A stretch of 64,000 nucleotides of DNA from Pseudomonadota bacterium (lineage in GTDB: Bacteria; Bdellovibrionota; UBA1018; CAIMNF01): the NCBI GenBank assembly GCA_027491115.1, contig JAIXWV010000037.1:3048-67047 (forward strand). The letters are read 5' to 3'. The notes under the pieces were generated by a model. The model did no database searches, had not been told where the DNA came from, and saw nothing but the letters and a program-made list of their open reading frames with translations. Positions 55,401 through 64,000 of this stretch are shown here, one piece after another (position 1 is the first letter of the stretch; each line of letters opens with the position of its first letter). The position numbers and the translations under genes were made by a program.

Positions 55401-56565
55401 GGATGATGTCTCCACGGTGATAGGGGCGATGCGGTGTTTTGACGTAGGTGAATCGCTCCGGACGGCAAACCTGATTTTGCAGGCCTTTCGGCGTGCGGAG
55501 TGGATCGCTGATGATCCTGACCCAGCCTTTCGGGGGTGTTGCGGCTTTTTTCGAGTCACGGGTGGCGACCCAAAGAAACGAGAACTTCAGCCACTCCCGG
55601 ATTCCTCCGAGCTTGATCGAGAACTTCTTGAAGAAGCTTCCAGGCAATTTGGCCGGAATGGAAAAATGGCACCAGTCACGACCTTCGGTGAGTGGACAGG
55701 TGCCGGCGTGCAAGCAGGGTCCCCAAGGAATCAACGGATCTTCGGTGAGCGTGAGCTCGTTCCGGATTCCAGCGAGCCGTTGCGAGGCGGATTTGAATGC
55801 GGGTTCAATGAGAAGGACTCCGCCACCCTTGGGGTCCCGCAGAAAGGGGGCTAGGCCTTGCTGGAAGATCCTCGGGTCATCCGGACACTCGTTGAGTACG
55901 TTTCCGAATAGGACGAGGGAAGAATCAAAGCGGAAGTCTTTCGGGTGTTTCCACCAAGACCTGTCATCCAGAATGGCGCGAACATCCCCCGTGATCTCGG
56001 GATAGAGCTCGAGAATCTTGCCGAGCAGGCTTTCCCCGTCTTTCAGGATGGTGCTGTTTTGATCGATCCAAACGAGCTCGATAGAAAATGGAAGCGTGAG
56101 GGGGCTACGGTCCGCGTTCCTGAGCCCGTCGAGCAAAAAAACCAGGAGGGCAAGGGATGCGGTTCCTGGGCCTGAGCCCACATCCACGATGCGAAATACC
56201 CCGGTCTCAGCGGCATGTGAAAGAGCAGCCTCGATGGCCTTAGGGTAACGATCGAACAGCGTCAGAAACTTGGCTCCCTGGAGTCCGAAAAAGTAGAGGA
56301 AGTAGCTAGAGCGGAATCGGGCTGTGGTGAAATAGTTCGGCAACTTGCTGCCATCCCGCTCCACAGTGAAAAATTCCGACAGCTCAATCAGGCCTTTCGA
56401 GAAAAAATTGACGTCTTCACGGTCGAAGGGTTTGCTCTTCCAGGATTCCGATGGTGAGAACCGCTCCTTGACAAAAACGGGGAGGACGTCGTCCAAGACC
56501 CGGGTCCAGGTTTCCGGAAACACGGGAGACTCCGTCAAGGAATGCTTTTTTGCATCGGATTTCAT
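55357..56565 (-). CDS. Rsm22-like class I SAM-dependent methyltransferase with C-terminal Cys cluster
   Basis: SAM motif FRIVDVGSGPGTASLALL. The C-terminal CLHAGTCPL...WCHF pattern is typical of bacterial Rsm22 homologues. Confidence 0.72.
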   Translation of the reverse strand: MKSDAKKHSLTESPVFPETWTRVLDDVLPVFVKERFSPSESWKSKPFDREDVNFFSKGLIELSEFFTVERDGSKLPNYFTTARFRSSYFLYFFGLQGAKFLTLFDRYPKAIEAALSHAAETGVFRIVDVGSGPGTASLALLVFLLDGLRNADRSPLTLPFSIELVWIDQNSTILKDGESLLGKILELYPEITGDVRAILDDRSWWKHPKDFRFDSSLVLFGNVLNECPDDPRIFQQGLAPFLRDPKGGGVLLIEPAFKSASQRLAGIRNELTLTEDPLIPWGPCLHAGTCPLTEGRDWCHFSIPAKLPGSFFKKFSIKLGGIREWLKFSFLWVATRDSKKAATPPKGWVRIISDPLRTPKGLQNQVCRPERFTYVKTPHRPYHRGDIIRDPLLPSNPSTRRN

Positions 56566-56613
56566 GAAGGTTTTGGTATACTCGGAATCGGGCGACTTTG
56601 AAAAGGAGTTTCA

Positions 56614-57132
56614 ATGCAGCCGATTTTTCAACACCGTTCAGTCCAATCCTACCTGAAGAACCTCGAACGCCAGAAGTACAGGTTCTTCTGCGTCTCTTGC
56701 AAAAAGGAGCGTCACCTCGCGCCTCCTGCGCGGATCGGCTCTCCACGATTTTTCGCTCAGATTGCCATCACCACCGCATTTTGCTCACTTTTGGCCTGGC
56801 CATGGATGGCATGGAAGGGAGCCTTGGCCTTTCTGATTCCTGTCGGACTGGTTTTTGAGGCAGGGTATCGGCTCAAAATGAGGTCTTCTTTGGTGTGTCC
56901 GGAGTGCAAGTTCGATCCGATCCTGTATTTGGTGAATCGGGAGAGAGCAGTAGCTGAGGTCGAGGCAACTTGGCGGAGAAAGTTCGAAGAAAAAGGCCTT
57001 ACATATCCGGAGCGTAAACGACAAAAGGCCCCTCAGAGAAGATCCCTTGACTTGCGAATGACATCTGGCGTAAATCAGGGGCATGGCAATCAACAAAGTG
57101 ATTTTGATCGGCAATCTGGGGCAAAATCCTGA
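56614..57132 (+). CDS. Small membrane protein with two CxxC pairs flanking two TM helices
   Basis: Perfect AAGGAG Shine-Dalgarno 6 nt upstream of the ATG. The layout is CVSC, two hydrophobic helices, CPEC, then a basic/polar tail. The last 50 nt overlap ssb in another frame. Confidence 0.5.
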   Translation: MQPIFQHRSVQSYLKNLERQKYRFFCVSCKKERHLAPPARIGSPRFFAQIAITTAFCSLLAWPWMAWKGALAFLIPVGLVFEAGYRLKMRSSLVCPECKFDPILYLVNRERAVAEVEATWRRKFEEKGLTYPERKRQKAPQRRSLDLRMTSGVNQGHGNQQSDFDRQSGAKS

Positions 57133-57562
57133 GGTCAAGACTTCTTCCTCCGGACAGAGCATCTGCAACTTGAGTATCGCAACCAATGAATCCTGGACGG
57201 ACCGAAACGGCCAGAAACAGGAGAAGACGGAATGGCACCGTGTCGTGGTGTTCGGCAAGTTGGCCGAGCTCTGCGGGCAGTACCTCCAGAAGGGGCGCCA
57301 AGCCTACATTGAAGGCAAGCTGCAGACCCGCTCCTGGCAGGACAAAGAAGGCCAGACCCGTTACACCACTGAGGTTGTCGCCCAACAGGTCCAGTTCCTC
57401 GGAGGCGGTGCCACCCGCTCTACCGGCAATGAATACGGTTATTCGAACTCCAATCAGGGTCAGAACAACAACCAGTACGGTGGTCAGGACTACGGCAATA
57501 ACATGGCCTCAACCTCGTTCCAGGCCGAGCCTACCTTCACTGAAGAAGACGTACCATTCTGA
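57083..57562 (+). CDS. ssb: Single-stranded DNA-binding protein
   Basis: OB fold [17 protein letters not shown]...[14 protein letters not shown], a Gly/Gln/Asn-rich linker and an acidic tip EEDVPF. Confidence 0.93.
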   Translation: MAINKVILIGNLGQNPEVKTSSSGQSICNLSIATNESWTDRNGQKQEKTEWHRVVVFGKLAELCGQYLQKGRQAYIEGKLQTRSWQDKEGQTRYTTEVVAQQVQFLGGGATRSTGNEYGYSNSNQGQNNNQYGGQDYGNNMASTSFQAEPTFTEEDVPF

Positions 57563-58278
57563 TGACAAGCCCCGCGAAACGGGTACTGATCGTCATCCCG
57601 ACCTACAATGAGATCGAAAATCTGGGTCCCATCACCGCCGAGGTGATGAAGCGTACTCCGTCGGAGGTGCATGTGCTGGTGGTGGACGACGGTTCGCCCG
57701 ATGGTACTGGTGCACTTGCTGATCGGCTTTCGGCTTCCGAACCGAGGATTCATGTTCTTCACCGAACGCAAAAGCAGGGGTTAGGACCAGCTTACATCGC
57801 GGGTTTCCGTTGGGGTTTCTCCCAGGGTTTCGATCAATTGATCGAAATGGATGCCGATTTTTCCCATCATCCTTCGTTTTTAGCTGCCATGTTGAATCTA
57901 CTGAATGAGCACGATTTTGTAATCGGTTCGCGTTATGTGGATGGTGGCGGCACGGTGAATTGGGGACTGCTCCGGAAAATCATCAGTCGGGGTGGAAGTC
58001 TGTATTCCCGCATGGTCCTTGGAGCACCGATCCGCGATTTCACTGGAGGATTCAACGGGTGGAACCGGCGCGTTCTCGAGGGAATCGATCTCGATACCTT
58101 GGAGGCGGGGGGCTATTCCTTCCAAATCGAGCTCAAGTACCGGGCCTTCCGTAAAGGGTTTCGCTTCAAAGAATTTCCCATTTTGTTTGAAGACCGTAGG
58201 GTGGGGAAGTCCAAGATGAACTCAAGAATCGTCATTGAAGCTCTTTCCTTAGTTCCGAAGCTTCGCTTTAAATCCTGA
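57562..58278 (+). CDS. Polyprenol-phosphate mannosyl/glycosyl transferase (GT2, Dpm1-like)
   Basis: VIPTYNEIENL, VVDDGSPDGT and MDADFSH. 238 aa. The ATG shares one base with the ssb stop (TGATG). Confidence 0.88.
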   Translation: MTSPAKRVLIVIPTYNEIENLGPITAEVMKRTPSEVHVLVVDDGSPDGTGALADRLSASEPRIHVLHRTQKQGLGPAYIAGFRWGFSQGFDQLIEMDADFSHHPSFLAAMLNLLNEHDFVIGSRYVDGGGTVNWGLLRKIISRGGSLYSRMVLGAPIRDFTGGFNGWNRRVLEGIDLDTLEAGGYSFQIELKYRAFRKGFRFKEFPILFEDRRVGKSKMNSRIVIEALSLVPKLRFKS

Positions 58279-58302
58279 TCCGGAACATGTAGGATTTCTT
58301 CA

Positions 58303-59235
58303 ATGAGTTTCGGGTTCGAGTCGGGTTTTTGGTTCACCCTTTTTGCCGCCCTTCAACTGATCGGCGCGCCGGTTTCCATTGCAGCCCAGAAGTCCTCACA
58401 TTCTCAACATTCCCATACCCTTGTTCTTGTGGACAAGAAGACCAATCTTCTTCATCTCGCACATTACGAAGAAGATGATTCTTTCAGAATCCTGAAGACC
58501 TACCATACGACCACAGGGAAGGTGAAAGGGGATAAACAAGAGGAGGGTGATCTCAAGACCCCGGAGGGAGTGTACCAGTTTTCTTACAAAATCTTGCCCC
58601 CTCAGCTCAAGGCCAAGTTCGGAGTGATGGCATTCTACATCAATTACCCCAACGAATATGATCAGATTGCAGGCTGTACCGGTAACAACATCATGCTTCA
58701 CGGCACGAACGAGCCGGAACGCCTGAAGCGGGACTTCGACAGTGAAGGCTGCGTGGTGCTGAAGAACGAGGAGCTACTCGAAATTCAGCAATCCATTCAG
58801 CCGGGTCTGACTCCAGTTTTGATTTTCGACGAGCTCACTCCGAAGTACCAGACCGGAGGACGTGACGAGCGTCTCCACAAGTTTTTCGAGACGTGGATCC
58901 GCGATTGGGAGAGTCGGGATGTCGAGAAATACATGAGGCACTATCACACTGATTTTGCGTCGCCGATCAAGGGGAAGCATGTCGATCGGGAACAATGGAA
59001 GGCCTACAAAGGGGTATTGACCAGGAAGTATTCCCGAATCAATGTCAACGCGAGCCATCCATATTTTTTCAGGCATCCAAAGTACACCATGATGATGTTC
59101 ACCCAGGACTACGAGTCCAAGTTGAAGGGCGGTGGAAAAGGCCTGGTCTCTCGAGGGACTAAGATTCTCTACATTGCTGAAGAGAATGGTGATCCAAAGA
59201 TCATTTCTGAAAATTTCACCGAGATGATGTGGTGA
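58303..59235 (+). CDS. L,D-transpeptidase (YkuD) with C-terminal SnoaL/Cds6-like domain
   Basis: Signal peptide and the catalytic IMLHGTNEP...SEGCVVL. The C-terminal FFETWIRDWESRDVEKYMRHYHTDF is a SnoaL-like pattern. Confidence 0.85.
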   Translation: MSFGFESGFWFTLFAALQLIGAPVSIAAQKSSHSQHSHTLVLVDKKTNLLHLAHYEEDDSFRILKTYHTTTGKVKGDKQEEGDLKTPEGVYQFSYKILPPQLKAKFGVMAFYINYPNEYDQIAGCTGNNIMLHGTNEPERLKRDFDSEGCVVLKNEELLEIQQSIQPGLTPVLIFDELTPKYQTGGRDERLHKFFETWIRDWESRDVEKYMRHYHTDFASPIKGKHVDREQWKAYKGVLTRKYSRINVNASHPYFFRHPKYTMMMFTQDYESKLKGGGKGLVSRGTKILYIAEENGDPKIISENFTEMMW

Positions 59236-59249
59236 ACCTGGAAGAGTCC

Positions 59250-60494
59250 ATGAATACGGAAGTCCTTGTAATCGGTGGCGGACTCATCGGCAGTGCAATC
59301 GCGTATGGCTTGGTGAATGCCGGTCTCAAGAATGTTCTGGTGATCGATCCCGATCTGAGCGGGGAATGGAGCAGTAGTGAATTGAATGCCGGCGGGGTCA
59401 GGGGAACCTGGTCTCAAACGGTGAATCTCGAACTCTCGAAGGCGTCGATCGACTTTTTTTCGGTCCATGCCGAACAGGTCGGATACCGAGCTTGTGGTTA
59501 CCTCTGGCTCCATCGCCCCGGGACCTGGGATTCCGCCTTGCGCTCCAGAGAAATGCATGTCCGTCATGGTTGGCCGGTCGAGATCCTGGATGTGAAGGAG
59601 ATCCGTAATCGTGTTCCCTTTATCGACAAGACTTCAGACCTTGCTGGAGGTCTATTTGGCGTTCGCGACGGATTGGTGAATCCGAACCGGCTCAAAGAGC
59701 ATTTTCGCGAGGATGCGATGAGTAAGGGGGCACGGTTCATTGATTCGGCTTATTTTTGCGGTGCTGATTTCTCCTCCGCAGGAAGAGTTGTGGTGGACGT
59801 TTTCCGTTTCGCATCCAGTTTGTCGAGTGTCCAGAAGAGAGAGTTGTTGTCGAGGAACCCCTCCGGTCGTGAGGCGTTTTCCAAAGAAGAGGGCGAGTGG
59901 ATCCGAATCGAGGCGGATCGGGTGGTGAATGCGGGTGGCGCCTGGGCTCCGGAAATCGCCCGTCGATTGGGATACACCTGTCCTTCTCAACCCGTGAGGA
60001 GGCAGATTTCGCTTTTCCATGCGAGGGAACTCGATCTCACTCCTTATGGAATGATCATCGATCCGTCGGGTGTGTATTTTCATCCTGAATCCATCTACGG
60101 ACTCTCCGGCTTTGCGAATCCAGGGGAGACTCCCGGGTACCGCTTCGATTACGACGGCGACTCTTTTTTCGAGGAGTGGATCTGGCCGTCTTTGTACGAA
60201 AGGTCGACCGCATTCGAGAGTCTCCGCCACGTGAGTGGTTGGGCAGGCCTCTACGAGGAGTCTCCTGATCATCACGCCATTGTCGGGGAAGCTTTCGGGG
60301 GTTCTGTTCCTGAAGGCCGGATCTTTGAGGCACACTCCTTCTCCGGCCACGGCGCGATGCAGAGTTTCGCGGCCGGACGCGCTTTGGCCGAGAAGATGGT
60401 GACGGGACGTTATCAGACTATTGATCTTGCACCGCTTTCTGCGACCCGATTCAGGGATGGAAAAGCCATTCCCGGGGAAACCTGGGTGATCTGA
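59250..60494 (+). CDS. FAD-dependent oxidoreductase (DAO family)
   Basis: The ATG at 59250 is followed directly by the dinucleotide fold VLVIGGGLIGSAIAYGL. The track ORF starts 7 codons earlier at a GTG. Confidence 0.8.
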   Translation: MNTEVLVIGGGLIGSAIAYGLVNAGLKNVLVIDPDLSGEWSSSELNAGGVRGTWSQTVNLELSKASIDFFSVHAEQVGYRACGYLWLHRPGTWDSALRSREMHVRHGWPVEILDVKEIRNRVPFIDKTSDLAGGLFGVRDGLVNPNRLKEHFREDAMSKGARFIDSAYFCGADFSSAGRVVVDVFRFASSLSSVQKRELLSRNPSGREAFSKEEGEWIRIEADRVVNAGGAWAPEIARRLGYTCPSQPVRRQISLFHARELDLTPYGMIIDPSGVYFHPESIYGLSGFANPGETPGYRFDYDGDSFFEEWIWPSLYERSTAFESLRHVSGWAGLYEESPDHHAIVGEAFGGSVPEGRIFEAHSFSGHGAMQSFAAGRALAEKMVTGRYQTIDLAPLSATRFRDGKAIPGETWVI

Positions 60495-61570
60495 TGAAGA
60501 TTCAAGAGGGAATGGAGCGTGCGATTTCAGAGGGGATCGGTTCTGGAATGGCTGCGTCTTTCGGACGGATCGAGGACTTGGTAGCCAGGCGGCCGGTGAC
60601 CACACTTTATGCGGGTCGGACCTCTCACTTGACGAATGCCGGGCAGGTGGGACCCTCCACACGTTTTGATCTGGCCTCTTTGTCGAAGATCCTGGGTACC
60701 ACTTTGCTCGCGATGAAACAGTTCGAGCAAGGGGTTTTCCGGCTGGATGAATGCCCGGTTCCGGGAAGATCCTTCACCTGGAGGCAGTTGCTCCAACACT
60801 CTTCCGGGTTGCCGGCATGGAAGGGGTTTTTCGAGACTCTCGTTGCTCGCTTCGGAACCAGCTTGCATGCGGTACCGCTTGAAGAACGGTCACGACTCTT
60901 TTTTTCAGCCTTGGATTCGATCGGGCTAGAGTCCGCTCCCGGAGCGCGCATCGTTTATTCGGATCTTGGATTCCTGCATCTCGGTCGGGCTCTCTCCTTG
61001 GATCTCGGTTCTGATGTCGCCCGGCTTTGGGCTGAGTCCGAGAGTGTGGGGTTACATTACCGGCCCGTGATCCATTCAGCGCTGGAGGAACGATTTGCCA
61101 TCCAAGCAAGGGGCGAGTCGGTGGCCATGACCGAGATTTGTCCTTGGCGTGGCCCTTTGGCAGGTCTCGTTCATGACGACAATTGCTATTCCTTGGGCGG
61201 GGTGGCCGGGCATGCCGGGGTCTTCGGGACCCTTCAGGATCTGCTGGCTTGGATCGGTGGTCTCTTCCGAGGTGATTTCGTCTCGCTTGCAACGCTCAGG
61301 GAGTTTTCAACCCCCGGGTCCGATGATCGGGGTGGAAGACGGGCTCTCGGTTTCGATTGTCCGTCAGAGGATGGCAGTGGCTCAACCGGCTTCGCGTTTT
61401 CTCCTGACTCGATCGGCCATCTGGGATTCACAGGCACTTCCCTTTGGATGGATCCTGTGAACGGTAATTTTGCCATACTGCTCACCAACAGGGTGCACCC
61501 TACCCGCGAAGACAACCGGATCCGAGCTTTTCGTAGGGCATTTCATGAAGAATTGAGGAATCACCTATGA
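60494..61570 (+). CDS. Beta-lactamase-family serine hydrolase (class C / esterase-like)
   Basis: S-x-x-K in FDLASLSKILGT, a VYSDLGF (YxN-like) motif and GHLGFTGTSLW (KTG-equivalent box). Confidence 0.8.
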   Translation: MKIQEGMERAISEGIGSGMAASFGRIEDLVARRPVTTLYAGRTSHLTNAGQVGPSTRFDLASLSKILGTTLLAMKQFEQGVFRLDECPVPGRSFTWRQLLQHSSGLPAWKGFFETLVARFGTSLHAVPLEERSRLFFSALDSIGLESAPGARIVYSDLGFLHLGRALSLDLGSDVARLWAESESVGLHYRPVIHSALEERFAIQARGESVAMTEICPWRGPLAGLVHDDNCYSLGGVAGHAGVFGTLQDLLAWIGGLFRGDFVSLATLREFSTPGSDDRGGRRALGFDCPSEDGSGSTGFAFSPDSIGHLGFTGTSLWMDPVNGNFAILLTNRVHPTREDNRIRAFRRAFHEELRNHL

Positions 61571-62367
61571 AGCAAATCCACAGACTTCTTCTGACGGTTC
61601 TGATCCTTTCAGCTTGTGCCACGTCCCCTTTGGGGCGGAAACGGATCCTGCTGTTCGGGGACTCGACCATGGATTCGATGGGGGTCCAGTCTTTCGACGA
61701 GATCAAGAAAAAGACCCCGATCGAGGCGGACCCCAAGATCAATGCCTATGTGAAGTGCATCGCCCGGCCGTTGATTGCGAATTCGGGGAGCAGGATCCCG
61801 GTATCGGGCTGGGAAGTGGTGGTCTTTAGAGATCCCACCCCGAACGCATTCGCCTTACCGGGTGGGAAAATCGGTGTCCATACCGGAATGTTGCCTGTCG
61901 CCCGAACAGCGGATCAGTTGGCTGCGGTCATCGGACACGAAGTGGGGCATGTGCTGGCCCAACACGGTAATGAACGGGTATCCCATGGGGAGTTGGCTTC
62001 GCTGCTCATGGGGGTGGTTGATGTCAGTCTGCGGGAAATGGACCCCGATAAGAAGAAGCTTCTGCTCGGGGGCTTGGGTGTGGGGTTGCAGTTCGGAGCA
62101 TTGCTTCCATTCAGTCGCTCACAAGAGTCTGAGTCGGATCTGATCGGTCTGCGGCTGATGGTCCGATCCGGTTTCGATCCCAAGCAGAGTGTTGAACTCT
62201 GGAAAAACATGAAGGCCAGCGCCGGTGGGGCTGGCCCTGAGTGGCTCTCCACCCATCCTTCTCCCGATTCCCGAATCCGGACCCTGGAGGCTGAAGCGGT
62301 TCGGATGGAAGCCGAGTGGAATGCCGTCCGTGAGCGGGGGAACTTGCCCCAGTGCTCCCGGTCTTGA
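61567..62367 (+). CDS. M48-family zinc metallopeptidase, lipoprotein
   Basis: Lipobox ILSAC and the HExxH motif in VIGHEVGHVLAQHGNER. ATGA overlap with the upstream gene. Confidence 0.85.
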   Translation: MKQIHRLLLTVLILSACATSPLGRKRILLFGDSTMDSMGVQSFDEIKKKTPIEADPKINAYVKCIARPLIANSGSRIPVSGWEVVVFRDPTPNAFALPGGKIGVHTGMLPVARTADQLAAVIGHEVGHVLAQHGNERVSHGELASLLMGVVDVSLREMDPDKKKLLLGGLGVGLQFGALLPFSRSQESESDLIGLRLMVRSGFDPKQSVELWKNMKASAGGAGPEWLSTHPSPDSRIRTLEAEAVRMEAEWNAVRERGNLPQCSRS

Positions 62368-62412
62368 AGCTTCTCTCTGGCCAGTCCCGTTCGGCTTCGT
62401 TATGATCCGTCC

Positions 62413-62892
62413 ATGGCACTTTCGATCCGAGAAACCTTCATGCTACGCGCATTTTCATTTATCAAGATCCCGCTTCTTTACGCAGCCGGTGTGACTGTGG
62501 TTTCCATGGATGCTGAATCCTGTGTGGTACGGCTTCCTTTCAAGCGGATGAACAAGAATCATTTGAATTCCATGTATTTCGGCGCGCTGTGTATCGCCGC
62601 CGATGCGGCGGGTGGATTGATCGCAGCCAAATTGCTCCGCAATCTGAAGGGGGCCAAAGGCTCGCTGGTTTTCAAGGACTTCCAGGCGCGTTTCCTCAAA
62701 CGTCCGGAAGGAGACACCCTCTTCACTTGTCGTGAGGGGCTCAAGATCGCCGAAGCGGTGGAGAAATCGCGACTGACCGGAGAGCGGGTCGATTTACCCG
62801 TTCCGGTGGTGGCCACGGTTCCATCCATTTTCGGAGATGAGCCGGTCGCGGAGTTCGTCCTCACGCTCTCCTTGAAAGTGAAGCAGGGGTGA
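62413..62892 (+). CDS. Hotdog-fold protein (PaaI/DUF4442-like thioesterase)
   Basis: 159 aa. The segment NHLNSMYFGALCIAADAAGG is typical of PaaI/DUF4442 hotdog proteins. Confidence 0.6.
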   Translation: MALSIRETFMLRAFSFIKIPLLYAAGVTVVSMDAESCVVRLPFKRMNKNHLNSMYFGALCIAADAAGGLIAAKLLRNLKGAKGSLVFKDFQARFLKRPEGDTLFTCREGLKIAEAVEKSRLTGERVDLPVPVVATVPSIFGDEPVAEFVLTLSLKVKQG

Positions 62893-62896
62893 TATC

Positions 62897-63691
62897 ATGG
62901 CATTCGACAAGTACCGGCACTACGAAAACTCAGTCCAAACTCCTGAGGAACACGTCAGGATTTTCGAGAGCATGTTTTTCCAGATCCGGAGGAAAGAAGC
63001 GCTCCGGCTGAGAGAGGACTTTTGCGGGACCTTTCTGATCTCATGCGAGTGGATCAAGTCAAACAAGCTCCGAACCGCCACGGGGATCGATCTCGATCCT
63101 GAACCTGTTGCATTCGGGCGGAAACATGCTTATTCAAAGCTGACGCCCTCACAGAAGCGAAGAATCGATCTCCGATTGCAGGATGTCTGTGTTCCGACCC
63201 GTGACAAGCACGAGATCATCGGAGCCGGGAATTTCTCTTTCAATATTTTCAAAGACAAGCGCGCGCTCAAGAAGTACTTCAGCGCAGCCCGGCGATCTCT
63301 GACACCGGACGGGATTTTCGTACTCGAGATGGCGGGTGGCCCGGGATTCATCGCCAAAGGGCGAGAACAGAAGACCTACACCATGCCCGGTCTCGGAAAG
63401 TTCACATATTATTGGGACCAGAAGTCATTCGATCCGATCACCCACTTCGGAACCTACGCCATTCATTTCAAGGACCGTCACGGGGTCATGCACAAGGATG
63501 TTTTCACTTACGATTGGCGTGTCTGGAGCATTCCCGAGCTCCGGGAGGTCATGCTCGAGAGTGGTTTCAAGGACACCAAGGTTTTCTGGGAGGATCCGGG
63601 TCCGGACGGGTCCGGAACAGGTGAGTATGTCGCCATGGAAAAAGGCGACAACGCATTCGCCTGGATCGCTTTTGTGGTTGGCATCAAGTGA
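62897..63691 (+). CDS. Class I SAM-dependent methyltransferase
   Basis: Motif I variant LREDFCGT, an acidic loop GIDLD and a post-II/III PDGIFVLE. Confidence 0.65.
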   Translation: MAFDKYRHYENSVQTPEEHVRIFESMFFQIRRKEALRLREDFCGTFLISCEWIKSNKLRTATGIDLDPEPVAFGRKHAYSKLTPSQKRRIDLRLQDVCVPTRDKHEIIGAGNFSFNIFKDKRALKKYFSAARRSLTPDGIFVLEMAGGPGFIAKGREQKTYTMPGLGKFTYYWDQKSFDPITHFGTYAIHFKDRHGVMHKDVFTYDWRVWSIPELREVMLESGFKDTKVFWEDPGPDGSGTGEYVAMEKGDNAFAWIAFVVGIK

Positions 63692-63707
63692 ATTCCACCT
63701 CACAATC

Positions 63708-64000
63708 ATGAGGATGGAATCCTCGGTTGGAGCCGGTCGTTTCAAGCATGTGCATATCATCGGTGTGTGCGGGACCCTCATGGGGGCATTCGCCGCTTAT
63801 CTCCGTCGGGCCGGGGTCCGGGTCACCGGGAGCGATCAGAATGTTTATCCCCCGATGAGTGACGTTCTTCGAAATGCCGGGGTCGAGTTGTTCTCTCCTT
63901 ATGATGGTGCCAATCTCGACCGAATTGGCGGGGTTCCGGATCTGGTCGTAGTCGGCAATGTGATCGGTCGCACGAATCCCGAGATGGTCGCTTTCATGGA
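63708..64000 (+). CDS. mpl: UDP-N-acetylmuramate:L-alanyl-gamma-D-glutamyl-meso-DAP ligase (murein peptide ligase), N-terminal part; runs off the window
   Basis: Not in the ORF track because it has no stop within the window. My translation from ATG 63708 gives MRMESSVGAGRFKHVHIIGVCGTLMGAFAAYLRRAGVRVTGSDQNVYPPMSDVLRNAGVEL..., colinear with Mpl (ICGTFMG...VTGSDANVYPPMS). Confidence 0.85.
   Translation, partial: MRMESSVGAGRFKHVHIIGVCGTLMGAFAAYLRRAGVRVTGSDQNVYPPMSDVLRNAGVELFSPYDGANLDRIGGVPDLVVVGNVIGRTNPEMVAFM

Noticed and set aside
1-64000. Scan for CRISPR arrays, tandem repeats, IS elements, rRNA and long direct or inverted repeats.
   Set aside because: I found nothing by eye beyond the short palindromes reported above. 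A computational repeat search would be needed to exclude dispersed repeats.

Overview
This is a compact bacterial chromosomal segment with moderately high GC. I call about 65 protein-coding genes and two tRNA genes: tRNA-Arg(CCG) at 21662-21739 and tRNA-Glu(UUC) at 42824-42899, both on the minus strand. I found no rRNA, CRISPR array, integrase, transposase or prophage genes, and no convincing intrinsic terminators. Genes are tightly packed. Many same-strand junctions are ATGA or GTGA stop/start overlaps, and several convergent gene pairs overlap at their 3' ends. Housekeeping genes include pheS (5'-truncated), pheT, ihfA, a MerR regulator, prfC, rnd, grxC, trxC, icd, arfB, sppA, rsmB, psd, ssb and mpl (3'-truncated). 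The pheST-ihfA-merR order and the many secreted hydrolases suggest a Bdellovibrionota- or Myxococcota-like ('delta-proteobacterial') lineage, but I cannot confirm that without a database search. The most interesting content is as follows. (1) A translationally coupled minus-strand operon at 46577-52526 encodes an ethanolamine-type APC permease, a glutamine-synthetase-like enzyme, an iron alcohol dehydrogenase, a PuuD-like amidohydrolase and an aldehyde dehydrogenase. I read it as a gamma-glutamylation pathway for an amino alcohol, and a multi-pass membrane protein is attached at its end. (2) A three-gene extracytoplasmic operon at 37213-41307 encodes a CxxCH protein, a Tat-signal phosphatase/sulfatase-fold protein and a lipoprotein, all of unknown function. 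(3) A coupled trio of uncharacterised genes at 52606-54501 includes a STAS-like and a coiled-coil protein. (4) A chemoreceptor carries a c-type-haem sensor domain. (5) A cyclase-like DUF3095 gene is flanked by secreted unknowns. All functional calls rest on motifs read by eye and have not been checked by search.
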